From Setoptus koraiensis (lineage: Eukaryota; Animalia; Arthropoda): a stretch of DNA of 64,000 nucleotides. Every line of letters starts with the position of its first letter. Positions within the stretch are counted from its first letter, which is position 1. The DNA lies in the NCBI GenBank assembly GCA_048013815.1, contig CM106586.1, forward strand, positions 18,042,001 through 18,106,000, in the 5' to 3' direction. Under the pieces are notes generated by a model. That model made no database searches and was not told the origin of the DNA. It saw nothing but the letters and a program-made list of their open reading frames with translations. A program made the position numbers and the translations under genes. This document shows positions 24,970-37,105 of the stretch, one piece after another.

Positions 24970-25196
24970 TCAAATCGAAGGCTTCGCAGAAATTGTTTCC
25001 CCTGTCGTCAGACACTTTACATGGACAGATTTGCAGATGAGATACTGTCGAGCGGTATGACAAAATCGCTTGTTAGTTCAATCTCGATCATACAGTCTGG
25101 AAAGCGCGATTCGATCTATATACTCTCTATATCGCTATATCGCCAGCTAGCTGTTACGTCATGCTGCTGCATTTTAAGGTCAAGCGGCTTGTTCAT
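24970..25196 (-). pseudogene. disrupted paralog of the orphan exon at 26905-27225
   Basis: IEIELTSDFVIPLDSI, frameshift, then KSVHVKCLTTGETISAKPSI* aligns with IEVELSNFHIPLNSILVPANTIKRKSVYVKSRTTISAKPPI*. There is a net 19-nt deletion and an in-frame TAG at 25118-25116. Confidence 0.65.
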
Positions 25197-25390
25197 GAGA
25201 ATTCTTTCGCCGGCGATCGTCGAAGCTAACGACTGATTGCGACAAGGCGACAGTTAACGGATGAAAGATATATTTATTTAAATTTAAAATGAAATCGTAT
25301 TCTAAAGTTTTCTGGTCGAGCCTCACATGAGATGTTAGTGGGGCATATTGTTGTTGCTGTTGCCGATGTTGTTGCTCAATGTTGAGCCAT

Positions 25391-25762
25391 CTATCGCTGG
25401 TCAACGGGATTGGAAGTGGCGCGCTTTGTTGCGCAACTATTATGATGATAGGGTCCATTGTGTATCCTGTTGATACATTTGATTGGCAATTGGACAGTGG
25501 TGAGAAGAATACTCATTAGGTTAATTGCACACGAGCAACAAATTGCGAATGGCTCTAGTAGTACGTAAAATAATCCAAATATCATAGCCAATGGATAGGC
25601 GACAAATACGAGTAACAAAAGCCAGCCCAGTGTCCAAAACAATACGACTAGCTTAGATGATTGGCTGGATGTTTGGTTCAAATCGATTGAAGTTTGATCG
25701 CCGGTGGGATTGGTCAGGCTGCCAGCGGGTGTCATTGTTTGCTGCTGTGAGATTATTACCAT
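25391..25762 (-). CDS. small hydrophobic membrane protein (123 aa) of an uncharacterised invertebrate family
   Basis: Hydrophobic core LFWTLGWLLLLVFVAYPLAMIFGLFYVLLEPFAICC...LLTTVQLPIKC resembles the recalled pattern W.L.L.F..WP.......YV.L.PF..C......L...VQ.P..C of unnamed small invertebrate proteins. Confidence 0.7.
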   Translation of the reverse strand: MVIISQQQTMTPAGSLTNPTGDQTSIDLNQTSSQSSKLVVLFWTLGWLLLLVFVAYPLAMIFGLFYVLLEPFAICCSCAINLMSILLTTVQLPIKCINRIHNGPYHHNSCATKRATSNPVDQR

Positions 25763-26904
25763 TTGTTGTGTGTGTGTGTGTGTGTGTATATATAATAACT
25801 ATGAAACAGTAATATTAATAAGACAACGATCAATTAAATAAAGGATTTTTGGGTTCAATCGCAGCAGCCATTTGCAGCAGCTTGGCGAATAATGTGAGCG
25901 CGAAGACATAGAGTAACAACGCAGTGTTGTCATGACATACGTAATGGTTTTACATGATTCGCGAGTTATTTGCAGCCAACTCAACTTGTCGTGTTGATCT
26001 CGTTGATTGGATGATGTGTGAAATGAATCAAGACCCTATGTAACACCTAGCCGAGTAGTCGCCATTCTTGCACATTTTACCACAGGCACCCGCCTACACA
26101 GGCAAAGAAACTAGATGAAATTGTGGCAAAGTGTCGCCGAGATGCAGCACGTAAAATTCACAGTTGTTGCAAATAGCAAATAGCAAATATAAATGGCAAG
26201 TTGGAAGCGATATTGTAATGGAGCATGCATCTTATTCGCATGTCTTTCCTGTTTATACTTCTCATTCATTTGCACTGTTGTTGTTGTTGTTATATTTTGT
26301 ACATCTCTTTGCGGGACAAGAAATGCGCAACGTAGACACAATTGGCTGTGATTTGTTCCATTGTATTGTTCAATGTCTGACACAACTGAAATTATCCAAC
26401 AACAAACTCAATTTAAATATGTGTGTGCCAGTGTGAATTGTTGTCGTTGTTGTTGTTGTTGCTGTTGTCTTGTTGCATAATTTGATGATAAAATTTGTGT
26501 CATGTGCACGGCGAAAACGATTTGTGGCGGTTAAACTAGCATGGATATTATGTAATAAATGAAGGAATTATCATGACTAGGCAACGAGAGGAAAACAACC
26601 AACCAGAACATCACACACACACACACACTTTGTGTCACATTGGCGACGGTGAAAACGACAGACAAAAACAGAGCGAGAGCGAGAGAGAGAGTATGCGAAA
26701 ATGCCTCAATCTCATTATCATCATTCAGAGCAATTTAAGATGAATGAACAGTTTCCGAGATTAATAATGATAAATTGCGCGCTCATACACACGCAACTAA
26801 TCTGTTGTTTATTTCATTGTCTTGCCAACGCAAGCATATAAATACATAAATAAATATATCTCGCCAACACAGGCCAGTGTTGCAGCTAGTATTAAATTAG
26901 AGTC

Positions 26905-27225
26905 TTAAATCGGAGGCTTCGCAGAAATTGTCGTCCGACTCTTCACATAGACAGATTTCCGTTTGATGGTGTTGGCCGGCACGAGGATACTGTTGAGCGG
27001 TATATGGAAATTGCTTAGTTCAACCTCGATCAACGTCGATGGGTCGTCGTCGGTCAACGGGTCGCTGGAGCGACTTGGAGTCGGCGTGTAGTCAACCAAC
27101 TTCCTATCCATGCTTGATAGCTTCTCTTTTTTCACATTCATGGTTATGTCGAGCTTGATGTGTCTGTCTAGCCTCGTTGGTCCCACGGCAAATGTGTGAC
27201 TGGCCCAAATGGTTGAAATAAATGC
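26905..27225 (-). CDS. terminal exon of an orphan gene (106 aa); upstream exon not resolved
   Basis: Acceptor tttttcag|GCA, then an open frame AFISTIWASHTFAVGPTRLDRHIK...TISAKPPI*. Supported by the diverged paralog at about 25 kb. Confidence 0.55.
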   Translation of the reverse strand, partial: AFISTIWASHTFAVGPTRLDRHIKLDITMNVKKEKLSSMDRKLVDYTPTPSRSSDPLTDDDPSTLIEVELSNFHIPLNSILVPANTIKRKSVYVKSRTTISAKPPI

Positions 27226-27622
27226 CTGAAAAAGTTGAATTATAAATCAATAAATCACAATAGATCGGTGAGGGTGTGAAGCCAGCTCGAGCATGTTTGT
27301 TGCGGCACGAATACATTATTTTTACAATGTTAGTGAAAATATGCAAGCCACTTGCTCAACGTGCTTTCACAATTGTCAGTATGTCCACAAATGAATGAAT
27401 TCACGCGTGAATAGTTCACTAGTGCCAATAAACTGATGTGATTGATTGTCTCACCATCTATCCAGCATCCAGCCAGCATCCAGCCACCAACAGGTATAAA
27501 TATTTAATTGGAAATACCGCCGAAATACGCCGTGCTCACCATACTCCGAGCAATATGATGTGAGCAATATAATGGCTGTGCGAAAACCATAACAATCAAT
27601 GTGAGTAATCAATTGTAATCAA

Positions 27623-27671
27623 CAAACTATCACTGATGACTTATCAAAAATAAGTCATCAGTGATAGTTTG
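27623..27671. other. perfect hairpin, 22-bp stem and 5-nt loop
   Basis: CAAACTATCACTGATGACTTAT-caaaa-ATAAGTCATCAGTGATAGTTTG. Confidence 0.9.
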
Positions 27672-28831
27672 ACTGGCTCTCACCGGTGTCGCTACGATAT
27701 CATGACGATACCAGACGAGACACCCGATGTAATGTCTACCTGGTAATGCCAGCTGACTGGTATCACGACAGATCCACCATGCTACAGATTTAATTAGAGC
27801 AATGCGACATCGTAAAATTGGCTGGTTCAAGATTTTCAACCACCAACTTAAAGGTTGCTGGTTAAAAATCTTAAAATGGTTAGAGGGCGTGCACGCCGTG
27901 CGGATCCGCTCGGGTTACAACGCTCACCTGGTGGAGGTAAATGATGAATCATCATTGATGATGCCTTGTGTGAACTGTCACAGCCTCGAACACTTGTTGA
28001 TTGTGTCGTGCGTCTGCGAATGCGTAAATTTCTAAATAAAAACCATCTTCATACCTGTTTAGTTACCCACAAAACAGTGTGTAACCTAGACTCCAGGCGT
28101 CGCAACAAATACCACAAATACCCACATACCAGTATCGTTGTCCGATGCGTCAAACTTCGACAACATGAATTCTAGATTTTTCTGTTGGTATCCACATGCT
28201 GTTATTCGTTGTTTGTTGTGTTTGTAAACAAGAAAAGACGACATTAGAAAACTTTTCCTCCAATTTTGCTGTCCAATTTTGCGCTTAAAACGGTTGTCTG
28301 GACAGATTAAACTGACAGAATCAGAGGCTAACGGAAAGCGGGGCCCATGAGAAAAATGCTCGGTCCTTGGCATGAAATGACAGTGCACAATGAAGATTGA
28401 ATACAATCTAAGTCTGGGTTTCGTCATCTTTCTTGGAGCATTGTTCATTATTGATTCATGCATTTTATGATCGAAATAGTTTTAGTTCGAGCTGTGCCTT
28501 TACATCTTTTACAAGAGCTTTTCCAATCTTTTGCGTGGATTGGCTTGAAAAACGAGGGCAGAACAAAACCAGCACAATTAGAGCGACAGATAAATAGATC
28601 AACCATCCTTCGATACGATCTAAGTGGATCAATTACACATTCTATGCAACAGTATGCTTTTGTTTGCGACTAGGAATGCGATAGAGTGCTAGAGAGTGAT
28701 AGAGATAGATGAATTCACATTGACATGGGCAAATTTTCTATTTGAGATGGATACAGATCGTCGCGCAAATAGAATGAAATTAGTTTGTTGTTGTTGTTGT
28801 TGTTGTTGTATCAGGTTTAAATTGATTGAAT

Positions 28832-30966
28832 TTATTTCGACGCTATCCGTCGCTTGAAATGTATGTAACAATAGAAATCAATGAGCACATTTATGAGACC
28901 GGCACCTGTTGCAAACAATGACGCGCAAAGCCACAAAGTCTCATAGTCGTATGAGTAACTTATGCAACCTCCCAGACAGGCCCCTATGGATAATCCCAGA
29001 CCCTGAAAGCAGGCACAACATATCGCGGGCATGGTGGCTCTGACGGAATTTTTAATCTTATTTGAATCCTCTACACTTTTGACAATGCCCAATTTTGTGA
29101 ATTCTGGTATGAATTCGGCCGCATATAGCGAATATTTGAGGCCCACCTCTGTCAGTACACAATAGAAGAGGGCCCAATTTATTCCTTGTAAAATTTCCAC
29201 CACCAGTATAAATCTGAGATCTAGCCAGGCGTGAAACCATATGAAGGCATTGTAAGATATGTATCTCAGAGCAAAGGCAAACATGCTGAGACTCACTGAC
29301 GAGGACAGGCCCAGAGTTGCGATTATCCTGGGCGATATTATGTAAAAGGGTGCCTCGCCCACTAGATTCTGGAAGATCATTATGAGCCCGGATAATAGAG
29401 CGAATGTGTGCTGGTCGAATTTGCTTAAAAAAACGAAAAAGAAATACATGTTTAGGGCGCTCAGTATTCCATTGCTTATAAACAGCAGCAAAAACTTGAT
29501 TAACGACGGATGTGCTCTTGTAATCATGAACAGCATCTTGACAGTGAAAGAAAAACTGCCAATATACTCGCTATCGGCACTGTTGTCTGGCCCCAATTTT
29601 AAAATCTTATTTCTTTCCGTGCCAAATTGCGCTTTTCCGTTTGCCACAATTGGTAACAATTCGCCATTGACAACACCGCAACAAAATGCTTCATTCACCA
29701 GCGGCGCCACATTGTTTCGGTTATGTAACTGTAACAAATCGGACACTAGCAGCTCGTTGGTGGCGTCATTTGTCAACACAAAATCATTGGCTTGATATGG
29801 CGATTTTCCATTCGGCGCCGATGGGATTTTGGCATGGGCACAGGCACGGGATATTGTGGTTTTGTCGGTCAAATCAAACTGTTGCAAACACAATCTAGAA
29901 TCGACGCCAATAACAATATTGGGCGACACCGCGGTTGCTGATATACACTTTAGCTCGCTCTCATAGTTGCCTATTTTGTTTCTTCGTCTCAGTCCCCTTC
30001 GAAAGTATTTGAATTTTATCAGCACGTTGGCCAGTTCGTCCAGGCGAATACACTTGTCATGGTCATCTTTTTCATCGGTGCATATTTCCTGGCTCAAATC
30101 AAACGGTTCGTCGCTTGTCCAGCAGCTCACAATTGACAGATTTATCGCCGAAAACAAGACGCCCAACATGAGTGTTGGCGCCAACAGTGGCAGCCAATCT
30201 ATTGTGTTGAGCAAAGTCTGTACTAATGAACAAAACGCCGTTCCTATGGCGCCCCAAATTCTCAGTGAACCGTAAGAAACTTTGGCCAGTTTCGCCATGT
30301 TAATAGTGAGTGCGTCACCCAGAGATTCAGTTAAACTAATTGAATTGCTTGTAAATGTCATGAATACACAGACGAAATACCACAGGTAGTGATCGCCGTG
30401 CTCTGTTCCAGTATGCAATTGGTGCTGGTCGCTTGTATCACTAAAGTTGTCTATTGTGGTAGTTGTTGAATTATGAAAATGCTCATCGTCTATTTGGTCC
30501 TCCATTAGCGAGGATATTATAAGATTTTCTTTTGCGAAAAATGACAGAACAACAAAACTCAATATGCCCAGGGTTGTCACTAAAGAACTAATTACTAGCA
30601 TCCTTCTATGGGCCGCTTTGCCGTCCGCATAGGCGCAATATATTGGCCCGATAATTGTCTCGAAAATACTCAGACATGCCTCCAGTGTTCCGAAGGTTCT
30701 CTCTGAGGCCAATCCATAGCGAATCGCTATCACTCCTTGATAACTAGATGATGCACGATGATGGCAAATGAATAATTTATGGGAAATAATTTCGTTTAGA
30801 ATAATGACTGAAAATGCTGCAGATAACCGGAAGAAAAAAAAAATGTGCGCACACCCTTGATATTGGCACATTCAGATTTTCAGGCACGCTCCAAAACTTA
30901 CGGTATGAAGCAACTGATGAGACCAAAGAATTGGAAATTGAATAATTTGATGACCAGAGTATTCAT
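28832..30966 (-). CDS. MFS transporter, MFSD6/MFS_1_like family (about 658 aa)
   Basis: Exons 30966-30902 (MNTLVIKLFNFQFFGLISCFIP, donor CC|GTAAG) and 30743-28832 (acceptor catctag). Family motifs YGSLRIWGAIG, GEAPFY and GLGLSIGACLGG, with about 12 hydrophobic segments. An extra upstream exon is possible. Confidence 0.85.
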
Positions 30967-32268
30967 CTTCTAGAGCAATGAGACCAAATTGTATATTATT
31001 AATTTTTAATGGTGACTAATTATTTCTATTTTACAACCTCATGCCCACACTGCTGCTGTCAGCGTGTGTCTAGTTTGTCGTGTCGCAATCATTATCAGTG
31101 CGATAAGTAGAAAATGATTAAAAGTTAAAAGAATGCAAAGTTCAAACATTCTGTTATCGGATGTCGAGCCGTGGGATAATCCGCATTGAATTTACTATTT
31201 GACTAATCAGACATTGAAAGCTCACTGAGCTCCGCAACCGCCCTTGACTGATTTCATCATGTTAATTCTACCTCTTATGCGTCTAGGAAGGAACCAACAG
31301 GACAAAAAAAAAACAACACTATTCCATGCGAAAGTTTGCATAGTTATATCGCCTCTTCTGGAAATTTTGGCTCGTGTCGTTACCACTACCTTCTCTATCT
31401 TTCAAATTGATTTTGGCGCAGCTACTGTGTTAAAATGTGTGGATAATTAGTTGATGGATTTTGTCATTGATCAAGTGGCTGATGGGCTCTATCAACCGGG
31501 GCCCTTGCTCATTGGGGTATCTTTGATTAGCGAGCAAACAGAAGGATTTACATTTTTGATCTAGCAATTTCGGGTTTTTATTTTGCACAGAGTACATGAG
31601 TAAATGAGAAAATTTACTGAATCAAATCGAAGAATCTTCTGCTAGCGAGACATCGATCAATGATTATGATAGAAAATTTTCGCAAGATTTGCATCATATA
31701 TCATCTATACACCTAAACCACCGAGGGCGCATTTTTTTTCTTCTTTGCGGATATAACGCGTTCACAACAGGAAAAAAGCAGCAGGCGAACGCGCACTAAT
31801 AAGAATGGCAAATCTTTTAATGATTCGAGAAGTAACGACGAAGGACATAGGGACGAAGGACAAAATCCTTGTTACTCGACACTCGTGCAAGATTTCGGAA
31901 TTCAATGGAAGTTGTTTTATGGGAAAGTATCTCACAATTGGAAGAGGTCATAGGTTCCATTTGAAAGTGAGGTACGCTGGTCGGGCATGGCTGACAATTT
32001 TCATGACCTTATCATGTGGATAATCAGCTGTGGCGCGACACGATCACTCGCTCTTGATAAAGCTCGATCAAACTTGATAATAGTCAATGCAACTAATTTG
32101 CTTTAATTTCGAGGCGGAATCCTTCTCATTCTCAACATGCTTCACTGGTATTTATAAATATTCATTTTCATTACAATAATTGATATATTTAGTGGACCGT
32201 GATTTAATAGTGAAATTGTACATAGACTGTCGGACGAGGCGAGGGACAAGTATTCACAGCTCAACAAG

Positions 32269-34288
32269 ATGATATTCGCGCTCCATTATTTTCTATGGTA
32301 TTCGGCGCTAACGCCAATCTATGGGTAAGACAAATAACTATGCCGATATTAATTGATACCAATGCTAACTGTCTAAATTGTTTAAATTATTAATTGGAAT
32401 TCTTCTTTGCTATTTTTTTCGCCATATTGCCACATAACCATTCCAGTTACTTGAGTGTCTACGCGTCAGATTACTCTCATGTTTCGCCCCAGACCTTCGG
32501 TATACTTAACATGTGGCTGCCCTTTATGTCCATGGTGGCAAAACCCTTATTTTGCTCATTGGCCGACCATTATCAGGCCTATCGCACATTTTTCATTATG
32601 TTCCTCGGGCTGGCCCTGTTTGGCTGGGGCAGTTTCGGAGTGTTACCGTTCTTCATTGAGATACCCAAACAAAACGACGGGCTGAATGTTTTAAATTGGA
32701 TTTTAATATGTCTGATGACATTCGCAGCCAATCTGTCCATGAGCGTTATTTGTTGTCTTTCGGATGCGTTTGCCGTTAATCAAGCGAAAAAGACCAAAAC
32801 ATCATATGGCAAAATACGCGTTTGGGGCACAATAGGCTGGGGCATTTCGTCAGTGGCTGTCGCCTTTTTGAACGATATTCATCAGTTGCCAATATTAGTG
32901 CCAGGATTATTGTTGACCATATTCAGTTTAGTGTTGGATCTCACTGTGGTTGTTTTATGGCGAGATAGATCGAGTTTCGAGCTGGACAAGCCCATAGCGG
33001 ATATCGACGATGGAGACGATGACCAAGGGCAACAACCGCCAATGACAGTTGTTAGACACAATTCGATGGTGGACAATTGTCACAATAGATTATCCACGAC
33101 CACGGTGAATACAACAAACAGTAGCAGTCAAGTCACTAACAGAACCGATATTACCGATATCGACATCAGCCTGAAAGATGTCAATTCCTTTTCGGATGGT
33201 CACAATATCTGTCATCACATACAAGCCACAACACAATGTCCCAACACTATTGAAAATCTGTTACGCAACGAAGCCGCCCCCCAAGATCCCTACTGCACCA
33301 AAGTGTCTGTGGTGTCGCCCTGTGATACGGCCACTAGTCAAACAATTACGTCTATTTACGGAACTATCAACAGTTATGTCGACGATAAAAACAAAAGTGC
33401 CAACGCAAGCGGTCAACAAATGGCAGCGACCCATCAAGCCAAAAAGAAACAAGTCATAACACTTAGATTGCAATTGCTCATGTTGTATATGGTGATAAAT
33501 GCTCGTCCATCTCTGATACGTTTCATGATATTATTCACATTGTCAGGTCTATTAATGTCCATGCAGTGGGTGTATTTTTTCCTCTATTTAGAACAAATAT
33601 ACAAAACAGATTTCACTTATATATCCAGTCTGTCAATGGTGGGACAGAGCCTATTGGGCGAGCTGCCATTCTTTATAATATCACAAAAAATTATTGATCT
33701 GATTGGCAGATCCAATGCGCTCAGTTTCAGCATAGCCGCCATAGCAATCCGTTATCTATTGTACATATATTTGTTGCCATATGTTAGCATGTATTTTGTA
33801 GTGTTAGTTGAGGCCTTGCAGGGGCCCAGTTTTGGGCTGTTTTATGTGGTCATGACAGACATTGGTATGGACTATTCAAACTGTGATGATGTCATAGTGA
33901 AACTAGTAGATTCTAATCACATTGAAAACAATGCTCAAGATATACAAACTAGTAGGCGAGCTCTCAGAGCAACCATGCAAGGACTGGTGAGTGCCTGTTT
34001 TGAGGTGAGTTTATACAATCACAATAATTGCTGTCACTATTCATGCCAATCGCCACAATATTTTAGCTAGATAATTAATTGTATCACGCGAAAAATATGT
34101 GTTTTACACGTTATTGCACCCATATCATCACCACTGACTGTCATCAGGGCCTCGGACAGGGTCTGGGCTCTGTCATAGGTGGCTACGTCATACAGCATCA
34201 AGGATGGGATCAGCTTTGGGTTGGATCAGCTTTATTGGCCCTCTCTGGAGCCCTAGTCAATTTCATAATAGATATCAACAACAGATAG
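32269..34288 (+). CDS. MFS transporter, MFSD6/MFS_1_like family (at least 584 aa)
   Basis: Exons 32269-32324, 32447-34004 and 34148-34288 with canonical GT-AG sites and compatible phases. Motifs HYFLWY, YGKIRVWGTIGWG, GELPFF and GLGQGLGSVIGG. The true start may lie upstream (possible exon 31805-31971 spliced to 32211). Confidence 0.87.
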
Positions 34289-34869
34289 TTGTTGCAAGAT
34301 GATAGAATAAAAAAATAATAATAACAATTATAATCTACTTCGGTCACCACCATCAGTTGTGTGAATAGTTGTCGGGTGAAGCGACTCATTCGCTGATCTT
34401 GCAACGATTGCTGTCTTTTTCGAGTCTATTAATGTATTCAGTGGTATTCCCAAGGGTGGAGGTATCATCGGATCTGCTAAAAGGGGCACTTGGCAAATTT
34501 TTTGATCATATTTGGCAATTCTAGAAAGGTCTAGCCAAAAACAAATCATGTGAAATTTTCGTTTTAGACTCCTTGTTGAGCGCATGATTCGACTAAATGT
34601 CGAGTTTAAACATCGAGTTTCTTCGTGATACATGAATATTTTCGTTCTATTTTTGAATATTCGTCCATGTAAATTTCCTCCAAAGTGTAAATTTAGGAAC
34701 GATAACTGATGATTCATCAGTGATGAAGATCTGTCATCTGACATTGACGAATTTCTGCATTGGCATGCTCAAATTACGGGACAAATTGGACGTATTACAG
34801 CATTATTGATTGTTGTAGATCTAATAGAACAGCAAACACAATAGCATAAAAACCCAAGTATCAGTCAAT

Positions 34870-36192
34870 ATGAATTCATTTGGAGCCCCATCGTTGGCAG
34901 CGCTAGCGTTTCTTGTCTACTGCGAGCTAGCCAGTTCCAGTGAAATCGCAAGGCCAGAAACGGGACATATCGCAAGACTTCCTGGGGGCCAAGGAGATGG
35001 ATTAACTCAAGAATATTTCAAAGCGTTTTTTGTGAGAGGACCGGAAGAAGACCTAGAGGACCCATTGGATTATCTTGGGCAGGAGTGGCGCTACGAATCA
35101 CCAGATTCGGATGATCAGGATTTATCCCCTGGCGCAACAAGCGAACATTGTGTTGATTTTCTTCGGGACTTCATCGATGCTGACTATAAATTGGGCAACT
35201 ATGTCGATTTGATTTACCTAGACTCATGTCTAGGATATCTATACGATGACAACCAATACAAGTTTACCGACCAGGAGAGCCCACAGCGAGCAAAGATCAT
35301 TGAGTCTCTCATAGGTAACGAAAACTTGAAAAAAATCTACACAGGTACCGAAATAGAAACATGGAATTCGGAGAGTCGTAAATTTGTTCTAGAAATGTTG
35401 CTTACCGGCTTCAAAAGGTCTGTTTTCAGTGTTAGTCTTTGCGCCGATAAGATAGAAGTGCTAACGAAATATGCCCAAGATCGAAAATTGTTGGACAATT
35501 TAGCGGAGGACAGTTACGTGAAACTTTTGGATGACGCTGTTCGACGTATGGGACGAAAATGCTATTCGGAACTACTCAAGGAGCATGCTGATCATTATCC
35601 GTACGCCAAACATGGCATAAGTATGGTTCCGAACCCCATAGATTTGCTGCCAGCCCGAAAACAAAGAAAAAGAGAGCAATGGTCCAAAGATACGGTGAAA
35701 ATCTTACAAAAATCCATGGGCCTGTCTTCGCTTGCCGCGGTCGATCTAGACAATGCGCAATCATTTGCCCATGAGCTAAAAACGAATGATCCCAAGGCTC
35801 AGCAACAGCTATTGACCAATTTGTCGAACTATGCCAATAAGAAGCTTGGGCATTTATCCAAGTCCGAGAATGAAGACACAGTCAAGGCCAACTACCTGGC
35901 TCTGAAGAACCGCCTCTGTCAAAATTACATCACCAGAGAATTAGAGATATTGATCAAAATGTTGCCTTACAGAGACTTTTTCGGCGATTTGGAGGGTCTT
36001 TTGTACAATTTTCCGGAGAGGGAATTCACCTCGAAGGTTAAAATTATGTACTTGACATCTTTCATGTGTCGCTATATCAATTTGACTGATGCCGCAACAA
36101 CAGCAGCTAATAATTATGCAGTAAACTTAGCGGGAAATCCTGCTGTCGCACTGCAGATCTGGCCAATGGCAGCTCCCACTCACAGCCTGTGA
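34870..36192 (+). CDS. secreted orphan protein, tandem copy 1 (440 aa, intronless)
   Basis: Long ORF in AT-rich DNA, signal-peptide-like N-terminus (MNSFGAPSLAALAFLVYCELASS), six Cys conserved with copy 2. Confidence 0.85.
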   Translation: MNSFGAPSLAALAFLVYCELASSSEIARPETGHIARLPGGQGDGLTQEYFKAFFVRGPEEDLEDPLDYLGQEWRYESPDSDDQDLSPGATSEHCVDFLRDFIDADYKLGNYVDLIYLDSCLGYLYDDNQYKFTDQESPQRAKIIESLIGNENLKKIYTGTEIETWNSESRKFVLEMLLTGFKRSVFSVSLCADKIEVLTKYAQDRKLLDNLAEDSYVKLLDDAVRRMGRKCYSELLKEHADHYPYAKHGISMVPNPIDLLPARKQRKREQWSKDTVKILQKSMGLSSLAAVDLDNAQSFAHELKTNDPKAQQQLLTNLSNYANKKLGHLSKSENEDTVKANYLALKNRLCQNYITRELEILIKMLPYRDFFGDLEGLLYNFPEREFTSKVKIMYLTSFMCRYINLTDAATTAANNYAVNLAGNPAVALQIWPMAAPTHSL

Positions 36193-37099
36193 GTCACAGG
36201 CCAGAATAATCATATAATTCGCCTCTCGATGCCTCTAGCTCAGCCATGAATGGACCGATCTGGTGCAATTCCGTTATTTGTAGTCTTGGCGAATCGATTC
36301 ATGCACCAACCAAAATCAAAATTTAGCAACAAAAAAGGTTCAAACTATCAAACTCGGGATGAGCGATATTGTTCGCGCGATTGTGTGGAATTTTCGTTTT
36401 AGACTGCTTTGCATTAGTCTTGTTAGTTGAGAAATGGAACCATTGTGTCCGGAAGAATCGTCAAAGAGAGTATGGATGTGAAATTGGTCCACACGTAAAA
36501 CTGCTACCCTCTTGATACTCATCTCTTTCACTAGCATCGCTCAATTTAGTGATTTTCATCGATGAATCAACCGAAAATCATTAGAGAGAAAATTTTCACG
36601 AGAAGGGTGAGAGACAATCAATATATCGAAGTTGTCGAACAGCTTGGTGCACAAATTTAGTGTCGCTGTCAGCTTACAATCAACAAGCTTGATGATGGGG
36701 CTTCAGTTGCCTGTCTCGTCTGCATGTAAGAGATCTAAAAACCTGCAAAGATTGTGTTTTCGCGCAGAGATATTCAAACATCCAAGTCATCAACAATTCA
36801 CTATCAGAGGCTAAATATAGTTGGATGCAAGGCGACGCAAAAAAAAACTTCAGACTATCATTTTCCGGCTCCTCTAGCAAAGAAAAAGTTTCAAACTGTC
36901 AAACTCGAAACGAACGATATTGTTCACGCGATTGTGTGAAATTTTCGATTTAGACTGCTTGTTGAATGTATGTCTCGATTAAATGTCAAATACTATAGAT
37001 TTTCATTGTACATAGACATTTATTTTCGTTCTATTTTCAGATATTCATCTCTATGAATCCATGGTGTAAAATTAGAAACTATATCTGGTCGAAGTCTGC

Positions 37100-37105
37100 T
37101 ATAAA
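37100..37105 (+). promoter_or_regulatory. candidate TATA box of secreted protein copy 2
   Basis: TATAAA with an Inr-like ATCAG about 25-30 nt downstream, about 110 nt before the ATG. Confidence 0.4.

Noticed and set aside
30744-30871. N-terminal 43 aa of the 679-aa track ORF (and the first 17 aa of ORF 32394..34070)
   Set aside because: They lie in introns defined by canonical splice sites whose position is shared by both MFS paralogs.
36180-36187. TCACAGCC as part of a miR-2/13 family gene
   Set aside because: Only 8 nt match, it lies at the end of a CDS, and the rest of the mature miRNA and precursor are absent.
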